Assembly: GCA_963724765.1 (NCBI GenBank)
Contig: CAVRVY010000001.1
Location: 416,001 to 480,000 of the forward strand
Length of the DNA stretch: 64,000 nt
Direction of reading: 5' to 3'
Source of the DNA: an uncultured delta proteobacterium
GTDB lineage: Bacteria > Desulfobacterota > Binatia > Binatales > Binataceae
The stretch's first letter is position 1. Every line of letters starts with the position of its first letter. Positions 20,869 to 30,775 of the stretch are shown one piece after another. A program made the translations under genes and the position numbers. The notes beneath the pieces were generated by a model. It worked only from the letters and a program-made list of their open reading frames with translations. It ran no database searches and was not told the origin of the DNA.

Positions 20869-20955
20869 CGGTTAACGGGCTGAGGGTTGTGGCCAACTCG
20901 GCGGTTACCGAGCGGGATGACGCTGAAGGTGCTTCGGGTGAGAGCCTGCCGAGGT

Positions 20956-21426
20956 CTAAGTAGTTTCCAGTTTCGCCTCGGCGAATTCCTTGCTCGCCGG
21001 GTCCCATCGGAACGCCGCCGCCCGCGCGAACTTCGCTCCCCGCACCGAAATCACGATGTAGACCGTGTCGGGATAGTCGGGTTCGCCCGGGTCGAACGAG
21101 CATGCCTGCGCGCGATCGGTCGCCGAGAAGTAGGCGTCGTGGTCGGGATGCGAATGATAGACGGCGCTGAGGTTGAGGCGGCGGCGGTCGATTTCATTCA
21201 TCACCGCCAGATGCTCGCGCGGGTCCATCAGGAAGGCCGTGCGTGCGTCGCGCGTAAAGGCGGCTGGATCCTCGGCGTGTTTGCGGTTCTGAATATTGAT
21301 TATCGGGCGGACCTCTTCGACGGCGTCGCGACCGATGATGAAGCCGCAGCACTCGAAGGGAAATTCGCGCTCGGCTTGTGCGACGATCTGGTCGAAGGTG
21401 GCTTTGCGGATGGTAACGGATTCCAT
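20956..21426 (-). CDS. JAB/MPN (Mov34, M67) metallopeptidase
   Basis: P.ECCG and YHSHPD...S..D JAMM motif. Confidence 0.9.
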   Translation of the reverse strand: MESVTIRKATFDQIVAQAEREFPFECCGFIIGRDAVEEVRPIINIQNRKHAEDPAAFTRDARTAFLMDPREHLAVMNEIDRRRLNLSAVYHSHPDHDAYFSATDRAQACSFDPGEPDYPDTVYIVISVRGAKFARAAAFRWDPASKEFAEAKLETT

Positions 21427-21634
21427 GAGGGCTTTCCAAAACGGCTTTCGACAAGTGTCAACTTTTCGCGCGCGGCAACTCAAACGGCCGCCTGCGGAAA
21501 ATTTAGCCTCTCGGCCGCGCTGCCACAACGCTGTCGCCGGCGCCCGCACGGGACCGCATCTTTCGGCTTGCCCGTGGCGCGCCCGCGCTGTAGGAAGTAG
21601 GCCCATGGCAAAGTAGGAAATGGAGAAGTAGGAA

Positions 21635-22480
21635 ATGGAACGGACAGCGATTCGTCTCGGCGGCGTGGATCTTAGCTCATCGGTCATGAACGCTTCGGGG
21701 CCGCACTCGGCCGAGCGCGGCGAAATCTACGAGCTCTGCGCGCGGCATCAAGGCGCCCTGGTGTTCAAGTCGTGCAATATCGCGGGGCTTGATGCGCCCG
21801 AGAATTTGAAGAATCGCGGCGTCGAGCATTTTGCCGCGATCGCGCGCGAGCTTGTGCCACGTCACAAGGCGATCATCGCCAGCGTGGTCGGCAACACCGA
21901 GGACGAGATCGTCAAGGTCGCGGGCATCCTGGACCGCGCCGGGGTGAAAATCGTCGAGCTCAACCTCGCCGATGACTACGTGATGAAGTCGGTCGCGCCG
22001 TTTGCCTCGCTCGAAAGACTGAAGACGATCATCGGGCGTGTGCGCAGTGAGATCGGTGCGGCGCTCGCGATAAAGCTGCCGCCCAGGCCGGGCGCGATCG
22101 AGGTCAAGGCGCTCGCGGAACTGCTCAAGGAGACCGGCGTCGCGGTCGCCGTATGCGCCAACAACCTGCCCAAGGACCTGGAGATCGATATCGCCACCGG
22201 CCGCATCAAGGGCGCCACGCGTCCGCTCTCGCAGGCGCACATGTTCTGGCGGCTTGGCGGCGGCGCCTACGACGTCGTGGCGGTGGGCGGAGTCAACACC
22301 GGGCGCGACGCCTATGTCGCGCATCTCACCGGGGCGAAGGCGGTCGGCGTCGGCTCGGCTCTGATAAAGGAGGGCGCGGGCGCGCTCGGCCGTATCGATC
22401 GCGAACTGGACGGGATGCTCGAGAAAAGCGGCAAGCGTTCGGTGAACGAGATCGTCGGCCAGGCGGGCTTCGAAAATTGA
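21635..22480 (+). CDS. Dihydroorotate dehydrogenase-like FMN TIM-barrel protein (divergent)
   Basis: MNASG, ELNL, IKLPP, VGGV..G.DA...GA.AV.VGSAL; lacks the SCPN catalytic loop. Confidence 0.7.
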   Translation: MERTAIRLGGVDLSSSVMNASGPHSAERGEIYELCARHQGALVFKSCNIAGLDAPENLKNRGVEHFAAIARELVPRHKAIIASVVGNTEDEIVKVAGILDRAGVKIVELNLADDYVMKSVAPFASLERLKTIIGRVRSEIGAALAIKLPPRPGAIEVKALAELLKETGVAVAVCANNLPKDLEIDIATGRIKGATRPLSQAHMFWRLGGGAYDVVAVGGVNTGRDAYVAHLTGAKAVGVGSALIKEGAGALGRIDRELDGMLEKSGKRSVNEIVGQAGFEN

Positions 22481-22629
22481 CTTAGCTGCGTTGCCTCTCT
22501 TTGGCCGCAAGTTGCATGGATTGAGGATCAGCGCGTCACGAACGGCTACTTGCCCCGTTTCTCGCGGCTCTGATAGTTTCGGCAGACGGTCGCGCGCGCA
22601 AGGCGCGGCCGCCTCAGCCCAGGTTCCCG

Positions 22630-22707
22630 GTCCCCGTCGTCTAGCTCGGCCTAGGACACCGGCCTTTCACGTCGGTAACACGGGTTCAAATCCCGTCGGG
22701 GACACCA
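22630..22707 (+). tRNA. tRNA-Glu(TTC)
   Basis: GTCCCCG/CGGGGAC acceptor stem, CTTTCAC anticodon loop, GTTCAAATC T-loop, CCA. Confidence 0.96.
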
Positions 22708-22910
22708 ATGAAATCGTCTGGTCGGCGCCCGGACGAACGTTACGGGCGGGTATTTGCGCAGAAGGACAGGGTTTCTCGCCTGAACGAAACGGGCGCTGCG
22801 CCGGGTGGAAGACGCAGCGCCCGTCCGAAGCGATGAAGCTGGACCCTATCGAATTTCCAAGACCAGTCGATCACGCAATGTCGTCAGTGCGTGGCGTCCG
22901 CAAACAGACC

Positions 22911-23279
22911 TTACGAACCCCCCGTTCCCTTGGTACAGGTAGCGCACACGCGACACGAAGCCTCTATTCCTGAAAGGACTGTTCCGATAGTTTGCCAGCC
23001 ATCAGGGGTAGTACCGCTAAAGTGAAAGGTGTTCTCGAGGACGTTAATGGCGGTCAAATTGCCGCTGGAATCAGTACACTGGTAGCCTCCAGCGACCACA
23101 ACATCGTAAGCTGGACATAGTGCGTCGATGTTGAAGGTTCCAAAACCGTCAGCACTCGTGCTCTCGGTTTCACAGACGACCTTAAGAGTCAGACTGTCGA
23201 CATCGACTGCTCTAACCACCTGCGAGTAGGCAAAAATACAAATAGCCATTGTCACCGAAAGTAATACCCATTTTTTCAT
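22911..23279 (-). CDS. Small secreted Cys-rich protein
   Basis: Signal peptide MKKWVLL..., strong RBS GGAGG, CP..VVAGG...W...C pattern; lower GC than flanks. Confidence 0.65.
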   Translation of the reverse strand: MKKWVLLSVTMAICIFAYSQVVRAVDVDSLTLKVVCETESTSADGFGTFNIDALCPAYDVVVAGGYQCTDSSGNLTAINVLENTFHFSGTTPDGWQTIGTVLSGIEASCRVCATCTKGTGGS

Positions 23280-24019
23280 GACTTCCTCCCTTTTATGATT
23301 TGCACGTCCTTTCCACCCGCAAAAAGACACCACGGAACAGGGGACACCGCTTCATCCGGAGCAATCGTTATCAATGATGCGCGCCACCGTATCAGGCTCA
23401 TTCCGTTTTGGATTAGCCGCGAGAAACGTGTATACCGGCGTTGGTAACGCGGCGCTGACGATGATTCTCGCGAACAGGAAACGCGTCGACTGCACCTCCC
23501 GAATACATCCTCTCCGCCTTGTGGCGGCGCGTGCCACGTCAGCGCCGCGCTTACGGACTTCGAGCGTCGAGTTGTGCTCTACGATTTGCTGCGAGAAACC
23601 CTTATGGGTATTTCATCCTTAAGCGCTGAGTATGAGTTAAGTCAAACAAAAAGATTTATCCGGGATTTGTTAGTACCCTGAGCTGTTGAAGGGTTTGCTA
23701 AGCAAATTAGACTTATACGCGCTGATCGCTTTAAGGCAAACACGGAGAATCATCTTAAACTGAGGCGATACGCATAATGTCCCGTCGTACTTCGTCCCGC
23801 GGGGCATCAACGAACAGAAGCCCAAGGATTCTATCCTTAGTTCCAGAGCGCGAGATGCGGGAATCCAATCGCGCGATTGAGAGCGTCCATCAGCTTCGCC
23901 ACGAGGTAGAAAATCGAGTCGCAATCAGAAGCGCGGTCACGGGTACCCCGTGCCGACTTTTGGCGTTTTCTCGTATATTCCGATAAACCCGTCGCACTGC
24001 CATTGGGGAGGATGCCGAT

Positions 24020-24628
24020 ATGAACAGACTCGACCCGGGCAAGACAGCCCTGCTCATCATCAATATGACCAACGATCTGCTGGGATGGGAAGGCGTTCGG
24101 CCGCTGGTGCCACGGCTGGAAAGATTATTGAACCACGCGCGAAAGCGCTCCGTCGCAGTTGTCTTTTCATCGCTGGCTTTCTGTAACAATGGCGCTGACA
24201 GCGGCCAACTGGGAAAGTTCTGGGAGCCGATCGGTAAGGGAGAAGTCCTGGTCAAGGGGACTCAGGGCGCCGCCATCATGCCGGAACTGTCGCCGAGAGT
24301 TGGAGAGCCGGTTTTGGAACGCAACCGCTACAGTGCGTTTTTTAACAGCGAACTCGACGCGATGCTGCGCGAGAAGGGGATCGAGACGCTGATCATCGGC
24401 GGCTATTCAACGAATTTCTGCTGCGACTCGACCGCGCGCGACGCCAACTTCAGAGATTATCATGTCATTATGCTCGAGGACGGCACGGCGCCGATCGCAT
24501 TGGAAGAAGCCACCGGCCAGGCGATCAGCGCTGAGCAAGTGCAGAAGACCGTGCTGGCTAACCTCCGTCGAGGCTTCGCGCAGGTTGCCACCGTCGAAGA
24601 GGTTCTGCGCGCCATGGACGCAGATTAA
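24020..24628 (+). CDS. Cysteine hydrolase (isochorismatase family)
   Basis: TALLII, RYSAF, STNFCCDSTARDA. Confidence 0.88.
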   Translation: MNRLDPGKTALLIINMTNDLLGWEGVRPLVPRLERLLNHARKRSVAVVFSSLAFCNNGADSGQLGKFWEPIGKGEVLVKGTQGAAIMPELSPRVGEPVLERNRYSAFFNSELDAMLREKGIETLIIGGYSTNFCCDSTARDANFRDYHVIMLEDGTAPIALEEATGQAISAEQVQKTVLANLRRGFAQVATVEEVLRAMDAD

Positions 24629-24635
24629 GCGGAGA

Positions 24636-24878
24636 TTAATTCCATTGACGGCCGCAATCCAGACATGCGAGGAACGGGCGACCGTCGAAGATCGTGCAGC
24701 CGCCGAGCACTACTCGGTCGCGCGAGGCTTCCTCCATCAGTTCTTCGCCCGGTAGTCCATAGACGATCGGACGCACGTGGTTCGAGTGGCACTCTGGACA
24801 ATTGAACAGTGAAGGCTTTAGCGCCTCGGCGGAAGATTTCGATTTGCGGCTGCTATGCGGGCGTTTTGAGGTGCTCAT
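24636..24878 (-). CDS. Small Zn-ribbon hypothetical protein
   Basis: CPEC...IVYG...LGGC...CLDC. Confidence 0.7.
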   Translation of the reverse strand: MSTSKRPHSSRKSKSSAEALKPSLFNCPECHSNHVRPIVYGLPGEELMEEASRDRVVLGGCTIFDGRPFLACLDCGRQWN

Positions 24879-25054
24879 AGTTCAGCTATCGGACATTCTT
24901 GCACGTGTAGCACTCGTTGCAAGCACGTGTGGGCAAGCACCTGCGCCAGTCCTTGCATGGGCGAGAAGGGCGGTCGATTATTACTTCCCGGGTCCTGCCG
25001 GCGCGCTCTACCGAAGACGGGCGCCGCGACGAGCCCAGGAGGGAGCCATCCACG

Positions 25055-27205
25055 ATGCCTTCTACGCAAGCCGTTGCCAAAACGATAGTCCGCGGAGCCT
25101 GCCCCCACGACTGTCCCGATACCTGCGCCATGCTGGTCACGGTCGAGGACGGCCGCGCCATCGAAGTGCGCGGCGACCCCGAGCATCCCTTCACCCGCGG
25201 CGCGCTGTGCGTCAAGGTCAACGACTATGTCGAGCGGGTCTACAGCCCCGATCGCGTGCTTCATCCGCTGCGACGCATCGGCTCCAAAGGGAGCGGCAAG
25301 TTCGAACGGATCGGATGGGATGCGGCGCTGGACGAGATCGCAAGCCGCTACAGAGCGATCATCGCCGAGCACGGCTCACAGGCGATCCTGCCCTACAGCT
25401 ATCTCGGCACCGAGGGCCTGCTCAACGGCCTCAACGTCGGCGACGCGTTCTTCAACCGGCTTGGCGCGTCGATTAGCGAGCGCACCTTTTGCGCCTCCGG
25501 CGCCATCACCGGCTACATCATGACGGTCGGTCCGACTCCCGGCACCGATCCCGAGAGCCTGGTTCACTCCCGTTACATCATCATCTGGGCCTGCAACGTA
25601 ATCAGCACCAACCTCCATCTGTGGCCGATTATCGCGGAGGCCCGGCGCCGCGGCGCGAAGGTGGTAGTGATCGATCCGATGCGTAATCGCACTGCCGAGG
25701 AAGCGGACTGGCATGTCCCGATCCGGCCCGGCACCGACGGCGCGCTGGCGCTCGGAATGATCAACGTAATAATCAATGAGAATTTGACCGACAATGACTA
25801 CATCGAGAAATATACAGTCGGTTATCCGGAGCTGAAGGAGCGCGCGCGGGAATATCCGCCCGAGCGCGTTTCGAGTATCACCGGGATTCCGGCAGGGGAT
25901 ATCGTGCAACTCGCGCGCGAATACGCGCGCACCCAGCCCGCGGCGATTCGCTTCGGCGTCGGGATCGAGCGCCAGGCCGGCGGCGGCCAATGCGTGCGTG
26001 CGATCTCGTGCCTGCCGGCGCTGGTGGGCGTGTGGCGCAGGCCCGGCGGCGGCCTGGTCTTCATGCCGAACTTCGCCTTTCCGATAAAATACAACGTGCT
26101 GATGCGCCCGGACTTCATCAAGCCCGGCACCCGGCATATCAACCAGTATCATCTGGGCGCGGCGCTCAGCGGGGAACTGGGGCTCGCGCCGCCGCTGAAA
26201 GCGTTGTTCGTCTACAACTCGAATCCGGCGGTGGTTGCACCCGACCAGGATCGAATCGTCGCCGGGCTCTCGCGCGAAGATCTGTTCACGGTCGTGAGCG
26301 AGCAGTTCATCACCGACACGGCCGATTTCGCCGACATCGTGTTGCCGGCCACGACTCAGCTCGAGCAGTTCGACCTGATGTTCTCCTGGGGACATCTGTA
26401 CCTCACGCTCAACATGCCGGCGGTCTCGCCGCTTGGCGAGGCGATCCCGAATACCGAATTGTTCCGGCGGCTGGCGTCACGGATGGGCTTTGACGACGCG
26501 TGTTTCAAACGCAGCGACGAGGAAACTTTGCTCGCAATTACCGATTGGACCGCTCCCGCACTAAGCGGCGTCGATCTCGACGTGCTCAAGCGAGACGGAT
26601 ACGCGCGGCTGAAAGTCGGCACCCCGGACACGTTTGCGCCGCATGCGGAGGGTAAGTTCCCGACCGCTTCGGGAAAGACCGAATTCGTTTCGTCGATGGC
26701 GGCGCGGGGCAATTTCGTGCTGCCGCTTTTTCGCCAGGGATCGACTCAGTTCGAGCCAGGCCGCGCGGTGGATCCGCTGCCGATCTATATTCCTGCGCGA
26801 GAGTCCCCCCAAACCAATCCGGTGCTGGCGGCCCGCTATCCGCTGAATATCATTTCACCCAAGTCTCACGCTTTTCTCAATTCCTGTTACGCGAATATGT
26901 CGCGCCAGCGCCGGATCGCGGGCGAGCCGGGCGTGACGATTCATCCCGCCGACGCCGCCAAACGGGGCATCGCCGAGGCGCGAGTAGTGCGGGTCTTCAA
27001 TGATCGCGGCTCGTTCGAGGCGCTGGCGCATCTGAGCGACGCCGTGCGGCCGGGCGTGGTGGTCGCGCCGCTGGGGTATTGGCGCAAGTTCAGCCGCGCG
27101 AACAGCACGGTCAATGCCGCGAATTCGTCCGTGCTGGCCGACCTCGGCAATGCGCCGACGTTCTCCGACAACCTGGTCGAAGTCGAAGCGGCGGCACAGG
27201 ACTGA
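25055..27205 (+). CDS. Molybdopterin oxidoreductase (DMSO reductase superfamily) with N-terminal 4Fe-4S site
   Basis: CPHDCPDTC...C, ADIVLPATT, C-terminal molybdopterin dinucleotide domain. Confidence 0.92.
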   Translation: MPSTQAVAKTIVRGACPHDCPDTCAMLVTVEDGRAIEVRGDPEHPFTRGALCVKVNDYVERVYSPDRVLHPLRRIGSKGSGKFERIGWDAALDEIASRYRAIIAEHGSQAILPYSYLGTEGLLNGLNVGDAFFNRLGASISERTFCASGAITGYIMTVGPTPGTDPESLVHSRYIIIWACNVISTNLHLWPIIAEARRRGAKVVVIDPMRNRTAEEADWHVPIRPGTDGALALGMINVIINENLTDNDYIEKYTVGYPELKERAREYPPERVSSITGIPAGDIVQLAREYARTQPAAIRFGVGIERQAGGGQCVRAISCLPALVGVWRRPGGGLVFMPNFAFPIKYNVLMRPDFIKPGTRHINQYHLGAALSGELGLAPPLKALFVYNSNPAVVAPDQDRIVAGLSREDLFTVVSEQFITDTADFADIVLPATTQLEQFDLMFSWGHLYLTLNMPAVSPLGEAIPNTELFRRLASRMGFDDACFKRSDEETLLAITDWTAPALSGVDLDVLKRDGYARLKVGTPDTFAPHAEGKFPTASGKTEFVSSMAARGNFVLPLFRQGSTQFEPGRAVDPLPIYIPARESPQTNPVLAARYPLNIISPKSHAFLNSCYANMSRQRRIAGEPGVTIHPADAAKRGIAEARVVRVFNDRGSFEALAHLSDAVRPGVVVAPLGYWRKFSRANSTVNAANSSVLADLGNAPTFSDNLVEVEAAAQD

Positions 27206-27255
27206 TTGGCTATTCGCGAACGGGCGCTAAAGAAGCAGAGGACGGGCGGAATCCG

Positions 27256-27633
27256 ATGGCGGAAAGCGGGAGCGGTTCTCCGAGTGACTATTTGGCCGCC
27301 GAGCGGACCTTTCTCGCCTGGATCCGAACTGGCCTTGCATTGATGGGATTTGGCTTCGTGGTTGCGCGGTTCGGCCTGTTCCTGCGCGAGATCGCGATGA
27401 CCACCCACGACCACACGCTGGAATCTACCGGCGCTTCGCTGTGGATGGGAACCGCACTTCTGCTACTCGGAGTAGTGGTCAATATCGCCGCATCGATAAA
27501 TCACGTCCGTCTGATCGGCAGGCTCAACCGCGGAGACAAGCTAGGCCAGCCGTCCGCCTCCGCGATTGCCATCGCCCTTGCCCTCGCGCTCCTGGGACTG
27601 GGGTTGGCCGCTTATCTGGTGCTGATAAGGTAG
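27256..27633 (+). CDS. DUF202/YidH family membrane protein
   Basis: LAAERTFLAWIRT, three TM segments. Confidence 0.88.
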   Translation: MAESGSGSPSDYLAAERTFLAWIRTGLALMGFGFVVARFGLFLREIAMTTHDHTLESTGASLWMGTALLLLGVVVNIAASINHVRLIGRLNRGDKLGQPSASAIAIALALALLGLGLAAYLVLIR

Positions 27634-27862
27634 CAGGCGCGCGAACAAACCGCGCTGGAGGCGAGGGCGGTCGATTCGCCATGCACGCCGCCACAGGCGC
27701 AACGACTATCAGCAGCTACAAAAGATGGCAGCCGCTACAAGATGGCAGTGGGGCCAAAGTGCCGCTCTGTGATATGAGGGAGCCAAGCCGTTTCTAAGAC
27801 AATTCGTTATAAAGGATGAACGCCCTTTACAAAGGACAGATGATTTTTCAAAGGAGAGAATT

Positions 27863-28741
27863 ATGAAGATAGGCTTTTTCGCCGTCGGAATCGGCCATCT
27901 GGCGCGGCCCGACATGGTAAAGACCGTCGCGGTACATGCCGAGCGGCTGAACTTCGCCACCGTGTGGGCGCCCGAGCACGTGGTGCTGCTCGACAAGCAC
28001 ATCTCCAAGTATCCCTACTCGAAGGGCGAATTTCCGCTGCCTACCGATACCGCGTTCGCCGATCCGTTCACCACCCTGGCGTACGCCGCTGCCTATACCT
28101 CGCGGGTCAAGCTGGTCACCGGAATCTGCCTGGTGCCCGAGCACAATCCGGTCGTGCTGGCCAAGGTGGTCGCGACGCTCGATCAGCTAAGCAGCGGACG
28201 CTTCACGCTCGGCGTGGGAGTCGGCTGGCTGGAGGAAGAGTTCAACGCCGTGGGCGTGCCGTGGGAGCGGCGCGCGCAGCGCACGCGCGAGTGTATCGAC
28301 GCGATGCGCTGTCTCTGGCGCGACGCGCACAGCAGTTACAAGGGCGAGTTCTACAAATTCGACAACGTGCGCAGCTATCCCAAGCCGGTGCGCAGCGAGG
28401 TGCCGATATGGTTCGGCGGCGAAAGCGGCCCCGCGCTCAAGCGGGTTGCGGACTATGGCAACGGATGGTGCGGCTTCAACCTTTCGCCCGCCGAGGCGGC
28501 GGACAAGATGAAGCATCTCGATCAGTTAATCAAGGCGGCAGGGCGTAAACGCTCCGAGATTTACATGGCGCTTTCGCCCTATACCAAGCCGATAACGCGC
28601 GACGACCTCAAACGCTATCGCGACGCCGGCGTCGACGAACTGGGGCTTCTCGAGTTCAATCCGCCCTCCAACGAGCGCGACCTGATCGCGAAGATGGAGC
28701 AGATGGCGCGCGAGTGGGTCGATCCTGCCGCCAAAATCTAG
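27863..28741 (+). CDS. LLM-class F420-dependent oxidoreductase
   Basis: W.PEH, DPF..LA, TLD.LS.GRF.LGVGVGW..EEF, WFGGES. Confidence 0.9.
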   Translation: MKIGFFAVGIGHLARPDMVKTVAVHAERLNFATVWAPEHVVLLDKHISKYPYSKGEFPLPTDTAFADPFTTLAYAAAYTSRVKLVTGICLVPEHNPVVLAKVVATLDQLSSGRFTLGVGVGWLEEEFNAVGVPWERRAQRTRECIDAMRCLWRDAHSSYKGEFYKFDNVRSYPKPVRSEVPIWFGGESGPALKRVADYGNGWCGFNLSPAEAADKMKHLDQLIKAAGRKRSEIYMALSPYTKPITRDDLKRYRDAGVDELGLLEFNPPSNERDLIAKMEQMAREWVDPAAKI

Positions 28742-28773
28742 GCCTGCTCAGCTTTAGCTAGCACAATTGCGAT

Positions 28774-28818
28774 ACGGCCCGGTCTCGCCGAGTTTGTTGC
28801 GAGACCGGGCCGTCGTTT
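28774..28818 (+). terminator. Rho-independent terminator-like hairpin
   Basis: 15-bp perfect stem ACGGCCCGGTCTCGC / GCGAGACCGGGCCGT after the LLM gene; weak U tail. Confidence 0.65.
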
Positions 28819-28974
28819 AATTCGCGTTGTGCTTTTTCCGGCAACCGATCAGATCAAATTGCCTCCTCTGAAATGCGCCCATATCATGGAAACCAATCGC
28901 ACTTCTGCGCGTATTTGGGAGTAGCAATAATCTCTCGCGAAATTCTTGGCCGTGCGGACGTGCAAATAGCATAA

Positions 28975-30573
28975 GTGGGTGCCACCTCGCATATCGAGAC
29001 CGCGTCTATCGAGACCGCGTCGGACAATGCTGAGGCCGGCATCACGCCTGAGGCCGGCCGCGCGCCCGGCCCGCGCACGCAGACGTTGCTCGCGCGAATA
29101 CTCAAGTTCAGGCTCGAGTTGATCCTTATCGTCGCGCTTGGCGGGCTCGCGCTCGGGTCAGGGATGAGCGCTGCTCCGCTGGTCGACTGGGACGAGGCGA
29201 CTTACGCCCAGGTAGCCCACGAGGCGATCGCCAACCATAGCTATCTCGACTTCACCTGGAACGGGCAGGCCTATGTGAAAAAGCCGCCGCTGTTGTTCTG
29301 GGCGCTGATCGGTTCATTCAAGGTTCTCGGCGAAAGCGAATTCGCGGCCCGCCTGCCTTCGGTCGCCGCCGGTCTGGCGACGCTGCTGCTGATTTATCTG
29401 ACCGCCGCGGGCGCGGTCGGACGGCTGGCCGGGACGCTGGCCGCGTTGGCGCCGCTGCAATTTTATTTCTTCATCGCGCGCGGCGGACGCGACTGCGCGA
29501 CCGACGCGCCAATGCTTTTCTTCCTGACGCTGGCGCTGTATGCGCTATTGCGTGCGCGCGAAGACCGCCGCTTTTGCGCGCTGGCCGGCGCCGCCAGCGG
29601 TCTCGCGATTCTGAGCAAGGGACTGGCCGGTACTATTCCGCTCATCATCGCGCCATTGGCCGTGTTCGTGCTGCCGGGCTTCGAGGCGATCGGTGCCGCC
29701 GGCCTCGCAATCATTTTCGGATGCGCGGTGGTGGTTGGGGCGCCGTGGTACCTCTACGAGGGGCTGTACAATCCGCTTTTCTGGACCAGCTTCGTTCACC
29801 ATGAGACGCTCGCTCGCGTCATGCGGCATCTCGAAGGCGAGACTCACTCCGGATGGTACACGCTGCACGGTTTCTGGAAGGAAATCCATTTTCTCTGGCC
29901 GCTCGTTCTGCCCGGAGCCGCGCTTGCTGTCGCCGCCATGAGGAGCCGCACGCTGCGAGGCGCGCTGGCCAACGGCGCGGGCCGGTGGAGGTCGATCAGC
30001 TCGGCAACGAGCCTGTGGGCTGTTTGGCTGGTCGTCGCGCTGGGCGCGGCCTGCGCGGTGCAGACCAAGCTGCCCTGGTATGTTCTGCCGGCGTTTGTGC
30101 CGACGGCGTTGCTGGCGGGAACGCTGGCCGCGCGCGCGCTGGAATATCGCGGTCCGATGAGAGCCGCAGTGGCGGGCATGGGCGCGCTCGCGCTGGCGCT
30201 GATACTCGTGCATGCACCGGTGCGTTGGCGCGCAATCGCCCAGTCGCATCAGCGTCAGCGCCTGCGCAGCACGCCAAGCTACGCGATGGGGCTCAAGGCG
30301 CGGCGCGCCGCGGCGCTGAGCGACGGCGGCCGCCTGTACTTCGCCGGCGTGGAACTGCCGACGCTGGTCTACTACAGCGAGATGCACGTCGAGTTCATCA
30401 AGGCGCCGGGCGGCCTTGAGCCCATCACGGACCCGGCCGCGGGCGAGCCGCCACCGCTGGATCCCAACGATTTGGCGCTGGTCGATCCGCACGGCGACCT
30501 GGTGCCGATCGCCAACCTCGGCAGCGAGTGGGACATCGTCGGTCCCAACGCGCCTTCGAACGCGCCTCGCTAA
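28975..30573 (+). CDS. ArnT/PMT-like (GT39/GT83) glycosyltransferase
   Basis: WDEA.YA, KPPL.FW, ARLPS, KG, TKLPWY; start uncertain. Confidence 0.85.
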   Translation: MGATSHIETASIETASDNAEAGITPEAGRAPGPRTQTLLARILKFRLELILIVALGGLALGSGMSAAPLVDWDEATYAQVAHEAIANHSYLDFTWNGQAYVKKPPLLFWALIGSFKVLGESEFAARLPSVAAGLATLLLIYLTAAGAVGRLAGTLAALAPLQFYFFIARGGRDCATDAPMLFFLTLALYALLRAREDRRFCALAGAASGLAILSKGLAGTIPLIIAPLAVFVLPGFEAIGAAGLAIIFGCAVVVGAPWYLYEGLYNPLFWTSFVHHETLARVMRHLEGETHSGWYTLHGFWKEIHFLWPLVLPGAALAVAAMRSRTLRGALANGAGRWRSISSATSLWAVWLVVALGAACAVQTKLPWYVLPAFVPTALLAGTLAARALEYRGPMRAAVAGMGALALALILVHAPVRWRAIAQSHQRQRLRSTPSYAMGLKARRAAALSDGGRLYFAGVELPTLVYYSEMHVEFIKAPGGLEPITDPAAGEPPPLDPNDLALVDPHGDLVPIANLGSEWDIVGPNAPSNAPR

Positions 30574-30775
30574 TCAGCCGCGCCCCGTTCCATCGCCTGC
30601 CCGCCGCGTCCGTTGGCGTCCCGGTTGTCCTGGCGCTCGAGCGGTATTGCCCAAGCGTTTGCAATTTGACCCGAAGGTTGCTGTAGACTGCGGAGACTTT
30701 AGTCACGGCGCGCCGGCCGCATCGCGCGCCGAAACGTGCGCCCGCCGGCGCATATCACTGAGGGGGACGCTCGCT

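Noticed and set aside
20956-21426. JAB gene as part of a CBASS or ubiquitin-like defence system
   Set aside because: No E1/E2, Ubl or cyclase neighbours; it resembles housekeeping sulfur-carrier peptidases.
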